DNA from: Neophaeotheca triangularis
Lineage: Eukaryota
DNA length: 64,000 nt
Direction of reading: 5' to 3'
Assembly: GCA_054600435.1 (NCBI GenBank)
Contig: BAAIJX010000003.1
Coordinates: 372,001-436,000 of the forward strand
Positions 23,264-34,923 of this stretch are shown in pieces (positions within the stretch are counted from its first letter, which is position 1; each line of letters opens with the position of its first letter). The notes beneath the pieces were generated by a model. The model did not search any database, was not told where the DNA came from, and saw only the letters and a program-made list of their open reading frames with translations. The position numbers and the translations under genes are program-made.

Positions 23264-24623
23264 ATGTCTCCTCACGCTGTCCCCTCTCTCCGTCAGAACT
23301 GTCAGACTCTGTCAACACTAGTGGAGCGCTTCGCTACCACACACAATGGCTTCCTACCCGCCGAACTCCCATTGAGCACACTTCCAGACCCTCTCTACGC
23401 TCCCTGGGAACAACTGGGCGAGCAATTACCACTTCTCATACAGCGCGGTACACTACGAGCCGAAGTGAACAGCCTCCAAGTCCTTTCGACAGATGGATTG
23501 ATTTCAGTAGCAGAACGGAGGCGAGCGTACATGCTGCTCGCCTTCCTAGCACAAGGCTACACATGGGGCGGCGAGATACCAGCTGAGGTTGGTCGCATCG
23601 TACCAAGCACCTCATCATCTTGCGGCAAACTAACAATACCAGGTTCTGCCGCCATCAATCTCCGTTCCATTCCTCGAGGTCTCTCAAAAGCTGGAACTCC
23701 CCCCAATCCTAACCTACGCCGCCAGCAATCTGTGGAACTTCACAACCCCCAGCAACGACTTCTCAGACCTCGAGCACCTCCAAACCCTCAACACATTTAC
23801 CGGGACGAAAGACGAATCATGGTTCTTCGTCGTCTCAGTGGCCATGGAAGCCAAAGCCGCCTACGCCATCCCCACAATGACGGCAGCTCTTGAAGCAGTG
23901 CCAGCTCGAGACTACGCCGCCATCACACAGGCCCTCGACGAGCTCACGCATTGCATCCACGACATTGGCAAAATCCTCGAGCGCATGTACGACGGCTGCG
24001 ACCCCTCCATCTTCTACCACCGCATCCGGCCCTTCCTAGCAGGCAGCAAGAACATGGGCGCCGCGGGCCTCCCCAACGGCGTCTTCTACGACCAAGGCCA
24101 CGGCGAAGGCGAATGGTGGCAACTCCGCGGCGGCAGCAACGGCCAATCCTCCCTGATCCAGTTCTTCGACCTCGTGCTCGGCGTCGAGCACAGCCACAAC
24201 GGCAACACTTCTCCCCACCCCGCTTCCAAAACCCCCAAACCCATTGCGGAAACCAGCTTCCACGAAGAAGTCCGCGCCTACATGCCGGGCCCGCACCGAC
24301 GCTTCCTCCAGCACATCAAACGCCAACCCAGCATCCGCGAGCTCGCGCTCCTGCCCGCTGCGACCCCCGAGCAAGAGCGGTTACGGGAAAGCTACACCGT
24401 CGCGGCCGACGCCTTGCGCGAGTTCAGGGACAAGCATATCAAGCTCGTGACTATGTACATCATCCTGCCTTCGAGGAAGGCCTCGGAGTCTAGGAAGCGC
24501 GATTTGGCTTTTTCGAGTAGTAAGCAGGAGGGCGACCAAATGACTGGGACGGGCGGTACGCCGCTGCTGCCGTTTTTGAAGCAGTCGAGGGATGAGACGG
24601 GTCTCGCGTCGCGGCTGGGTTGA
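23264..24623 (+). CDS. BNA2: indoleamine 2,3-dioxygenase (heme)
   Basis: Exons 23264-23587 and 23643-24623; intron GTTGGT...CTAAC...CAG. Motifs NGFLP, FTGTKDESWF, FYHRIRPFLAG, GGSNGQSSLIQFFD, YMPGPHRRFL, FRDKH, GTGGT. Confidence 0.93.
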
Positions 24624-27600
24624 AGGGAGAGGGAGAGGAAGAGGAAGGATGGTAGGCCGACGTTCTCGAGACACGGGCGATGGGATGCGGGCGTTTGGAT
24701 GTTGCTGGTTTATACCCTTGGGTCGGGAATTGGCTCTTCATCAGCCCTCGAGAAGCTTTTAATTCGCCGTTGGGAGTGATCGAAGGGGTGCGGAATGGAT
24801 TACGTTGGGTCTTTGCCTTTGGTGGGAGTTGGCCGTTAGAGTGTGCAAGACGCAGCCTAGATACCCAAGAAGGGGGGAGGGGAGGACTCCGGCACAGTCT
24901 TCCATCTTTTCTTTTTTTGACGCAGCCACTGAGACTCTGAAGCAATTGAGTACAGGCGGTTACTCGAAGCGTTTGCCGAAAAAAACCCAGCAGGCATTCT
25001 CGCCTGGAGTTGGCTATCAATATATTAAGGGAAAGATCCGTAGTGTCCCCGGCCGAATAATCGCGTTCTTGCAATTAAGCTCGTCTGTCGGTTCAGGCAA
25101 GATGTCGTGCGGAGGCAGCTACTCGAAACATTCGCAGGAAGAGAGTTGGCGGCGGGCACGGTCGCTGGGACTTGACTGCTAACCTATGAATCTGGAGAAA
25201 TGGCAATAGCGGATTGAATAGCCACTCTGTTCACTTGGACTCGCATTCTATTGACCTCGGCAGAGGATACGCAGAACTTGAAAATGACCAGGGGCACTTG
25301 ACTTTCGATCCCACCACACCCCCACTTCCTACCGTGGACCTACTTGCGTACTAGTGGAAGTCCTCTCGCTATTTCCGTCGCAGAACCGTGCAGAGCCTCG
25401 TGCGACGAGTAGAGTCCAACCCGATGGCCACCCGACATTGAGTTAAAAGATAATCTTCGAGTGGCGAGACCTTGACAAACATGACAGAACTTTCGAGGCG
25501 GGGGATCCAGATGCGAAAGAGCCGGCCGAAGCCTTCAAGCCACCATCGTGCCATTATTATCTCTGGCAGAGAAAGCCAGGTGCAAGGAGACACCCGCCCA
25601 TCGGTCAGAGTTTGATCTCGTCTTGGCGTTGTGAGAGATGTGGATGTGTACCGACGGTGTTTTGCCATTCCGATGGGTTTGTACGTTGGGCGATTGCATT
25701 CCAGATGCCTTTGAGTCGTGCCTTGGATCTTGTGTTACCCCGAGATCGTTGTAACTGTGGATCGGTGGTTTAGCGTAGTACCTTGGCGTTGGTTTTGTCT
25801 AGGGATGTTATCTTGGTAGCCATGTGGAAGTGCTCACATGGGGTAGCGGCGCTAGAAATCTCATCGTCACCTAGCTACCATCCTGGAAGCCACCCCTAGT
25901 AGTTTTTGAGGCAGTCGGGTGAGGAAAGTCCCTTCCCTGTACGTCGAGTGCCTCCGCACTGGTGACCAGCATGCTTCGAGAAGGCACCCAGAAAAAGGGC
26001 ATAGCTTTTTTTTCTTACCAAGCGGTCTCGCCAGCAGCTGATGTCAGGAGCCCGGACCAAAGGGGAAGACTTGGCTGTGCTTGTCAGATGAGCAGGCCCG
26101 TGTTGAGCTTCTTCCCCAAGTCGGGGCGAAAAGGTCGATCCGGCACGAAGCGCGCTTGCAGGTACATGCAGTTAATAATAGGTAGTCATCGTGAGAGTCA
26201 AGCGATCTTGCAGGAACCCGCAGGCTGATGACCGCTATATTGAACGACTTGGACAAGTACAACGCCACATACAGGCTTCAGCGGTGCCATGTGGTCGCTT
26301 GCGGAAAATAAGGGCATCGTCTTACGCGAGGCTCCAGGCAGCCATGGTGCGGAAGGAATCCTGCCATGTGGTCGCCTGAGCAAGAACGGGGAATGACTAG
26401 ATGGAGGCTCCGAGCTGACGAGATTGACAAGCGCCCCCGTACTGCACCTTCCCGGTCCAGACCATGTGAAGTTTCTGTCCTGAATCGGGGGGTGAGATCA
26501 CAGCATCACAGCTCGGAGGTACCGTAGGTAGCCAATTGCGCGCGGATGCCAACTGTCCAAGCCTGAACAAAGGCCTTGTACGAAGGTGCGCCTTCCCGAA
26601 TAGGAGCATGAGCTTGCGGGTCGTGCAGATCAGGTAGATCGATCTCGCTTAATTGTGAAGAAAAGCGACAAAAGCGGATTGTGTAAGTTCGAGATTGGCC
26701 AAGGTGCATGTGGCTTTCTTAACTTCCTTGGGAGCATCCACGAAAATGGACGGTCAGGAAGTCGTTCAAGGAAGGTTTGGGGTAGCTCGGTGATGCCCAA
26801 TACATATGTAACGTAGGGTAGCCAGCATAGGATGCGTTCCTGACAAGAGTGAGGTCTGGAATCCAATGTAGTACAGCAGCATTCATTGCATCGCGTCTGT
26901 ATGCACATGAATGCAAGCTTAGGTGGAAGCTTTCGCTTGTCTTGTGCGGAAAATATAGGTAGCCGAATAGCATCCACTGGTACGGTATTGGTATGCAGGT
27001 GTGCAGAGCCAAGCCGGGCTATGCTGATGTGAGTTGGACCGTGTGAATGGAAGAGGGAAAACGTCTTTTGTCCACTGATAGTAAGGTGTAGATAAGTAGG
27101 TACAGTAGTAAGTAGGTGTAATTTGTCAATCGCCCAAAAAATCCCCAGAACCGGCTGGCTGGATCTTTTTTAGACTCTCGAGCTCCCGATCCCGGTCGGG
27201 TCCTGTCCTTTTTCCATCCGCATGGTCCATGCTTCTCCACACCATGCCACGTGGGGGGATGGGGAAGGCTCCGGAGTTCAAACCTTCAACTTACTTCACC
27301 ATACCCTACCTTACCCTACAGCGCCTTTCCCTTTCTCGCGCACTATCCTTGGAAGTGATCAAGTACCCTTCCAATCATGCAACTTCCCGTTACTCGCTAG
27401 CTGGGGCTGCAATACATACTATACCGCCAGCAGGACCAGCACCTATCGGTAGTGGCGCTTGATCAGATCAAGCTCATTGGTAAATCCTGCTCTTGCGTCT
27501 CACGGCCATGCCGGGCACTGGGTCTAGATCAACCTCTGTCTCTATCGCGCTTCTGCTGGTAAGCAATGCCATCGTTTTCCATCCTGCCGCCTGGCTCTGC

Positions 27601-27927
27601 TGTCAACAACTTTAGCAAGGGGCGATGGATACCAGGCCTTCAGGTGGCCGTTTCCTCATCCACGACTATCGGAACCTTCTCCATGGCGTTTTTAGTCTGC
27701 CTCTCGGGTCCGATATCAATCTTCATGGTGGGATCACGGTCAATGGTTCCAGCCAGGTCCAGGTCCAGCCTCATGCTCGCAACATTGACAAGTATGGGCA
27801 AAGGTACCTTCAAGGCAGGAGTACGGAGTATATAGATCATCTCTTGCGCCTTTTGTGGCAAGGAATATTCACTCAGACTCACTCAATCAGCCTCAAACAC
27901 ACTCATCTTCTCCCCATTTGATCCAAA

Positions 27928-30253
27928 ATGGGTGTCTCGTCCAAGCTTCTTTTTGTGGCACTGTTGCAGGCATGCAATGTGTTGGCCGGCGACAAGGATT
28001 GGGAAAGTCCAGTGAGTATTAGCCCTCGAGCCCTCGAATTGGCAACAAGATACTAACTATCCCTCAGGTATACCAAACACTCTACCAGTATCCTCTTCCG
28101 ATACCTCCGATCAAGACGCCGATCAGGTAAGTCAGGATCGCCTCGTGTTAGCATCATCCTACATCCTAACCATACAACAGTTCGTATACTCCCCCTGATG
28201 GTGGGCCAACGATCGACTATTACGAGGTCGACATCAAACCCTTCGTAAGTCTGGCCGTGATATGTGGACTAGAAATCTCTTCCTCTAACCCCAACCCTTC
28301 AGCAAGCCCAAGTGTACCCCAACCTTAAGAGCACAAGACTCGTCGGGTATGATGGCATGAGCCCTGGCCCTACCTTCATGTTCAACAGAGGCCGAGAGGC
28401 TGTCGTCCGATTCATGAACCATGCCGATCGCCCCAACTCTGTGCATCTTCATGGCTCCTACTCTCGCGCGCCTTTCGACGGATGGGCGGAAGACGTCACT
28501 CCCATCGGATCGTAAGTTGTTCTGCTCCGCACCGTCATTGATCTTTCGGCTAACCACTGCAATAGTTACAAAGACTACTACTGGCCTAATGCTCAGTCTG
28601 CTCGCACCTTGTGGTACCACGATCACCAGATCGATCATACGGCCGAGAATGCCAACGCTGGCCAGGCTGGTTTTGCTATTATGCATGATCCTGAGGAGCT
28701 TGCAGTTCCCGGACTTCCCCAAGGCAACTTCGATATCCCACTGGGTCTTACTTCCAAACGTTACAACAAGGACGGCAGCTTGTGGAGCCCAGACCAGAAC
28801 GGAGAACAGGATTCGCTCTGGGGCGATATCATCCAGGTCAATGGTCAGCCGTGGCCTTACATGAAAGTGCAGCCACGGAAGTACCGTTTCCGCTTCTTGA
28901 ATGCCGCCCTCAGCCGCTCATTCCAACTCTACTTCGAAAACGCCAAGGGCGTGAAGCAATCTTTCCAGGTCGTCGGTAGCGATGCCGGCCTCTCGACCAA
29001 GCCCGTCACAACTTCGCAGCTAGACATCTCCATGGCTGAGCGCTGGGAGGTTGTCATTGACTTTTCGCAGTACAAGGGCCAGAACATTACTGTCCGCAAC
29101 AAGCGCGATGTCGGCCAAGACGAGGACTTCAACAGCACCGACAAAGTCATGCGCTTTATCGTCGAGAACACTCTGACTGATACGAGCGATTCCAAGGGCA
29201 TGCTGCCGCTTCCTTCTACGCTTCGCAACGTCAAGTTTCCTCCCGCCAAAGCCGGAGTTGATCGCAAGTTCCAGTTCGAACGACACAACGGCAAATGGGC
29301 GATCAATCGGGGCTTCTGGAGCGACTCACCCGGAGGACTTGTTCTCGCCAAGCCAGAACGAGGTGCTGTTGAGGTTTGGGAATTGGAGAACGGCTCAGGC
29401 GGTTGGACCCACCCGATCCATATTCACCTTGTCGACTTCCAAATCATCAGCCGTACAGGCGGCGAGAGGACCAGCGTACTCCCTTACGAAGCGACCTCGC
29501 TCAAAGATGTCGTGTGGCTCAACCGCGGCGAGACCGTGAGAGTGATCGCCCGCTACGCCCCCTGGGACGGCCTTTACATGTTCCACTGGTAAGTAACGCA
29601 TGCTCTTCGCTTCCACTCTCACTTCTCCCATGCTAACACGCCATTTCTCCAGCCACAACCTCATCCACGAAGACCACGAGATGATGGCCGCATTAAATGT
29701 GACCGCGCTCAAAGACCTTGGCTACGACGAGAAGACCAGCTTCATCGACCCAATGGAACCACGCTACCGCGCTCGCCCCATCTCAGCCGCCGACTCCACC
29801 CCCGAAGCCATCCAAGCGAAGCTCAAATTTTTCAGCGAGCTCGAAGCTTACAGCCACGCCGACGAGATCGAGGAGCGCTTGGAAGGCTACTGGCAGACGC
29901 ATAAGCCTGGCGATGACTCCGCTCCCAACACTTCGCCCGGCTCGACAGCTGCGACGACGGCTGCGACGACGGCTGAGACGACAGCTGAGACGACGGCTGA
30001 CGCTCCTGGCACGACCGATGCTACTACAGAAGCTACGACTCCGGCTACTACCGCCGCCACTACTGCTGTGACCACCCCTACAACCCTCGCTACCACCAGA
30101 GCTTCCACTGCACAAACCACCGCGAAGACCACGGTTCAGACAACCGCCAAAACCACGGCAAAAACAACAGCCAAATCCAGCACCTCGACGAAGAAAACCT
30201 CGACGTCGACCACGAGACAACGACGACGAGCAAGGGCGACGTTGATGCCATGA
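27928..30253 (+). CDS. secreted multicopper oxidase, bilirubin oxidase/CotA type, with Thr/Ala-rich C-terminal tail
   Basis: Exons 27928-28011, 28068-28126, 28181-28244, 28303-28511, 28566-29588, 29653-30253 (all GT-AG, reading frame checked). Signal peptide; Cu motifs VHLHG, WYHDH, WTHPIHIHL, HCHNLIHEDHEMM (axial Met). Confidence 0.93.
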
Positions 30254-31268
30254 ACTGGACAGAATGAACTGAGAATGTCTCGCAACACGACCACGACGAC
30301 ACGAAAGCAAGGCGTTCCGCGAGGTATTCGTACAGCGGGCAGCGGGCAGCATCAGCATGGATACGGCGTTTTCCCAAATTCTTAGCACATCATCATATTT
30401 CTCTCAGTATAACTATCTCCTTCAAATCCCAACCCCTCCAGTTTGGCTCAGCAGCCAAGGAGGGCGCACCGCGTTTCCCCTCTCCTATCATGCCTCCCTT
30501 CCCGTGACGTGTTCCTAGCCGGCGCGGTACCCGACCGCAGAACCAAAACCTCCTAAGCTGACGCGCGAACTTTTTTGTTCAACAAGATCAACCAACAATC
30601 CCCGCGCACACCTACATCACATACCGTTCACTGAACCATGCAACCACTAAACCACGTAGTTACTAATTCTCACAAAGCAAAATTCCCGTGAAAGGTTTCC
30701 TACGAACATCTCCCTGCCAATTCTACGTACCAGCTAAGCTACTAAACCCCACCTTCACTACAAACTTACATGATTCTATCCCAAAGCCGCGTTTCGGCCT
30801 CGAGCGAGAAGAGGCCCACGACAAGATGTTTCGCCGAGCTGTCGGATATTGAGGAGGACGAGGAAAAGCTCGCTATTAGACAGGGAGAAGAAGGAGCCAG
30901 CTGCAATTTCCGCGGTCATGCCCGGAGCGATTGTAGCAAAGCCTCTAAAGGCTCATACGAGGACGACCAAGTTTGAAGGCGAGCCGGTGTTGCAAACGGC
31001 GAAGAAGTTCAACAAGAGGATGGGTGACGAGCTCTAGGAAGACCCAATCGATGATGATGAGCCGCCTAAGCAACGCCTACTATTCCCTGAACGGGCGATA
31101 TACCGTTTTTTGAGGCATTCAAACCAAGTGGCGGCAGCGAAAAAGACATTCTCTCACTGTCATTATCAACGAAGCCAACAGACGGGCGATTCTGACATTT
31201 CATCATAATGTACTCATATACTAATCAATACAAATCCATTACCTCCCCACTAGCTCGCAGCAAGACTT

Positions 31269-34076
31269 TTAGTAAGGCCACCTCCACTCAGTGAAACCCT
31301 CTGGATCCATGCCAGTCTCATAAGCGTAGTTCATGCTCGAAACGCGTTCATTGACCAGCTTCTCCCTCGGCCCGGCGCCCAGATTCCCTAGTCGGTCCTT
31401 CATGTTATCAATGGCCAAGATGGCCAAAGAATACCGATCTGTCTCGTTACGGATGGACAGCTCAAGCGGGGTGTCGATATTGCCCTTCTCCTTGTACCCC
31501 CTAACGTGCATGAGATGCTGCCCGGGGCGGTTGTACGTCAGACGGTGCACGAGCCAGGGATAGGAGTGGAAATTGAAGACGACGGGCTTGTCGAGGGTGA
31601 AGAGCGCGCCGTACTGTGTGTCCGTGAGGCCGTGGGGGTGGTAGCCGTTGGGGATGAGTTTGAAGAGGTCGACAACGTTGACGACGCGGATTTTGAGGTC
31701 CGGGAGGTATTGGCGGAGGAGTGCGGTGGCAGCCAGGGTTTCTTGTGTCGAGACGTCGCCGCAGCAGGCCATGACCACGTCGGGTTCGGCGCCGAAGTCG
31801 TTGGACGCCCAGTCCCAGCGACCGATTCCTTTGGTGCAGTGTGCCACAGCGTCTTCCATGGAGAGGTATTGGAGGTGGTTTTGTTTGTCAGCGACTACCA
31901 CGTTGACGTAGTTGGTGCTGCGGAAGCAATGGTCCATTGTGCTGAGGAGGCAGTTTGCATCCGGCGGTAAATAAATGCGGACGACCTCTGGACTTTTGTT
32001 CGCTACAACATCCAAAAAGCCGGGATCCTGGTGCGTAAAACCATTATGATCTAGGGTATCGTGTCAGCTATTGCCATGGGCGTTGATGGGTCGTCCGCGC
32101 ATTACCTTGCCTCCACACTGTCGACGTGAGAAGGATGTTCAAGCTGGAAATTGCCTGGCGCCATGAGATTTCACGTGCCTTTTCTATCCACTTGCAGTGT
32201 TGGTTCACCATCGAGTCGATAATGTGAATAAACGGCTCGTACTTCTCTGATGTTAGCCGCAGTACGAGCGTTAAGAAGGTACCCGTGTGACAGAGAAAAA
32301 ACGGGTACAGTTCTGGCCCCCTTTGTTCCTTTTTCCTTTTTTTCTCTTGTCACCAGGAAAGAAAGGAGCGCCACTTACGCTGTTGAGCATCCCATGACGT
32401 CCCGAAAGAACAAACCCCTCAAGCCAGCCCTCAACTGTGTGCTCGGACAGCATTTCCATGACTCTGCCCTTGGGGCTCAAGTTGCCGCCGTCTGCATCCT
32501 CTGGAAGATACCCATTGACCCACACTTTCTTTCCAGACTCGTAGATCTTGCTGAGGTGGTTGCTTTGTGTCTCATCCGGGCCGAAGACACGGAAAGTTTC
32601 CTGGTTGTCTCGGACAATGGTGTTAAGCCACGCTGCGAAGGTGTCCATGGGTGGACCTATGAGTAGAAGAAGGATGTTAGCTCGGTATTGCTTCGAAAAG
32701 GCGACAGCGGCTTACCCATAGTGACTCCCGGCTTATCGACCTTGAAACAAAAGTCCTTGAAGTTCGTCAATCTCAATGGCTTCCTGAGCAGACCGCCGTT
32801 CGTGATGGGGTTGGCCGACATCCGATGATTGCCCTCCGGCGCCAGGGCCCTCAACTCAGGGATGAGCTTGCCATTATCGTCGAAAAGCTCCTCGGGCTTG
32901 TACGACCGCATCCACTGCTCCAGCAGCTTCAGCTGTTCCGGGTCTTTCAACACGTTCGTCAACGGAATTTGATGAGCTCGCCAGAATCCCTCGAGATGGT
33001 GACCCTCGACCATACGAGGAGCGGTCCAACCTTTGGGCGAGCGGAGCACGATCATCGGCCACAGGGGGCGGAAAGCTTCTCCAGACTCCCGAGCTTGCTT
33101 CTTGTATTTCATGATCTCCTTGACACAAGTTTCCATCGTACCTGCCATTGCTTGATGCATAGACTCGAGGTCGTGGCCTTCGACAAAGTATGGTGTCCAT
33201 CCGTAACCCTTCATCAACGACCTAAGTTCTTCTTCCGATATACGTGCTAGAACAGTCGGGTTGTGGATCTTGTAGCCGTTGAGATGCAGCACAGGGAGCA
33301 CGGCACCGTCTGTGATAGGGTTGAGGAACTTGTTGCTGTGCCATGCTGTTGCCAGTGGTCCTGTCTCGCTCTCGCCATCTCCCACCATGCACAGAGCAAT
33401 GGTATGAGGGTGATCGTAGACTGCGCCAAAAGCATGCGAGATGGAGTATCCTAGTTCGCCGCCCTCGTGTAGACTGCCGGGTGTCTCAGGGGTCATGTGG
33501 GAACCCTCGTCTGGTATTAGCCAATGTCTCTAATCACAGTCGTCAGTCTGTTTCTCTTACGATTCCGCCAGGGAAGGAGAATTGCTTCATGAAGCGCTGC
33601 ATTCCCTCCACATCCTCGCTCTTGTTTGGGTAGACTTCGCTATACACGCCCTCGAGGTAGAAGTTCGAGATAAGGCCGGGCGCTCCATGTCCAGGCCCGG
33701 ACACGAAGAAGACATCGAGGTCGTATTTCTTGATCAGACGGTTCATGTGGATGTAGCTGTCGATGCGTCAGGTTATGCATGCTCATTGATTACCATTGTG
33801 GCTTACATACGTGAATGACTGTCCTGCATCGCTTCCCCAATGACCCAACAATCTCGGTTTGATGTGCTCGAGCTTCAATGGCTCACGTAGCAACGGGTTT
33901 TCCTTCAAATAGAGCATCCCGAGACATAGGTACAGCGTTGCATCCATGTACCTCTGTGTCTTCTTGAGTTCATCCTGGCTAAGCGGTTGCTCGTTGACGG
34001 TGCTCCGAGTCTTGGTGTACACCGACCAGGTGTCTTGCTCTCCAGAGAGCTTCACGATGCTTGGTTCCGAAGCCAT
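31269..34076 (-). CDS. xfp: xylulose-5-P/fructose-6-P phosphoketolase (TPP-dependent)
   Basis: Introns 33810-33757, 33560-33506, 32715-32657, 32378-32242, 32105-32051. Motifs [61 protein letters not shown]. Confidence 0.94.
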
Positions 34077-34923
34077 TGTCGGAATGTATAATTTCGAGGT
34101 CGTCTTGTTGGGAGGAAAGATGACAGAGAGAGGAGAGAGGAGATGAGACCTGGGTCAGGGTTGAAACCTTACTGTTCTTCCTGGCAGCAAAGCCAACTGC
34201 TTTTACCTTTGCTCCCGCCAGCAAATACGACGGATGGCACCGGGAGTCGAGGTTGCTTGACGCGTTTCCAGCTTGAGGTGTGACCGACCTCACCTCACCT
34301 GAGAGCTGTCGTCTGATGTCACTGCCGCCAAGGTTTGAAGCTAGACTCGGTCCCACCACGGCTCCGCCTACAGTGAGCTTGTTCCTGCTTTAATCTCCTT
34401 CTAGGTTTCTTTCTATAAGACGAGACGAGACCTCGCCACGCTCAGGAGAGGAGTCATCTAAGACTGTAGAGACGCACCAATCGCCAGGAAACGACGAGGG
34501 AATAATCCAATCCGACACTTTTCGTGAGAAGTGGCGGTATCGTCTTCTCTACCTTAGCACGCGGAAGCCACTCGCTTCCCGGCCCCGTTCGGTCCCCTCG
34601 GACAGCAGGGCAGTGAACACCAGTATTGCGGCAACACCACACATCACGGGACAAATCTCTATCTCGCCGCAAGTCCTGAAATGGAGTGTCTGACTAGAGC
34701 CAGCCGAAGAACACTCACACCACAGAGACTCCGGCAAACCACGGAAGAGCGCCGATAAGATCAATGACAGTCGACAGAACAAGTTGGAACATGCGCCGAT
34801 AATTGCCTAACCTTTCGAAGACAAAGCTACACAAGACCTGTTCCACGAGTATTCCCGTCGTTTTCTCAGGCATTCTGAGTTCAAATCAACCAACGCATTC
34901 TCCCTCTACGACAAGCGACTCGC

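Noticed and set aside
24609..24623. IDO C-terminus ...SRLG as a peroxisomal PTS1
   Set aside because: SRL is not terminal, and I see no alternative splice or stop exposing it.
25400..27900. Short ORFs and a 13-nt direct repeat (GCCATGTGGTCGC) in the IDO-MCO intergenic region
   Set aside because: No coherent spliced model or recognisable family could be built.
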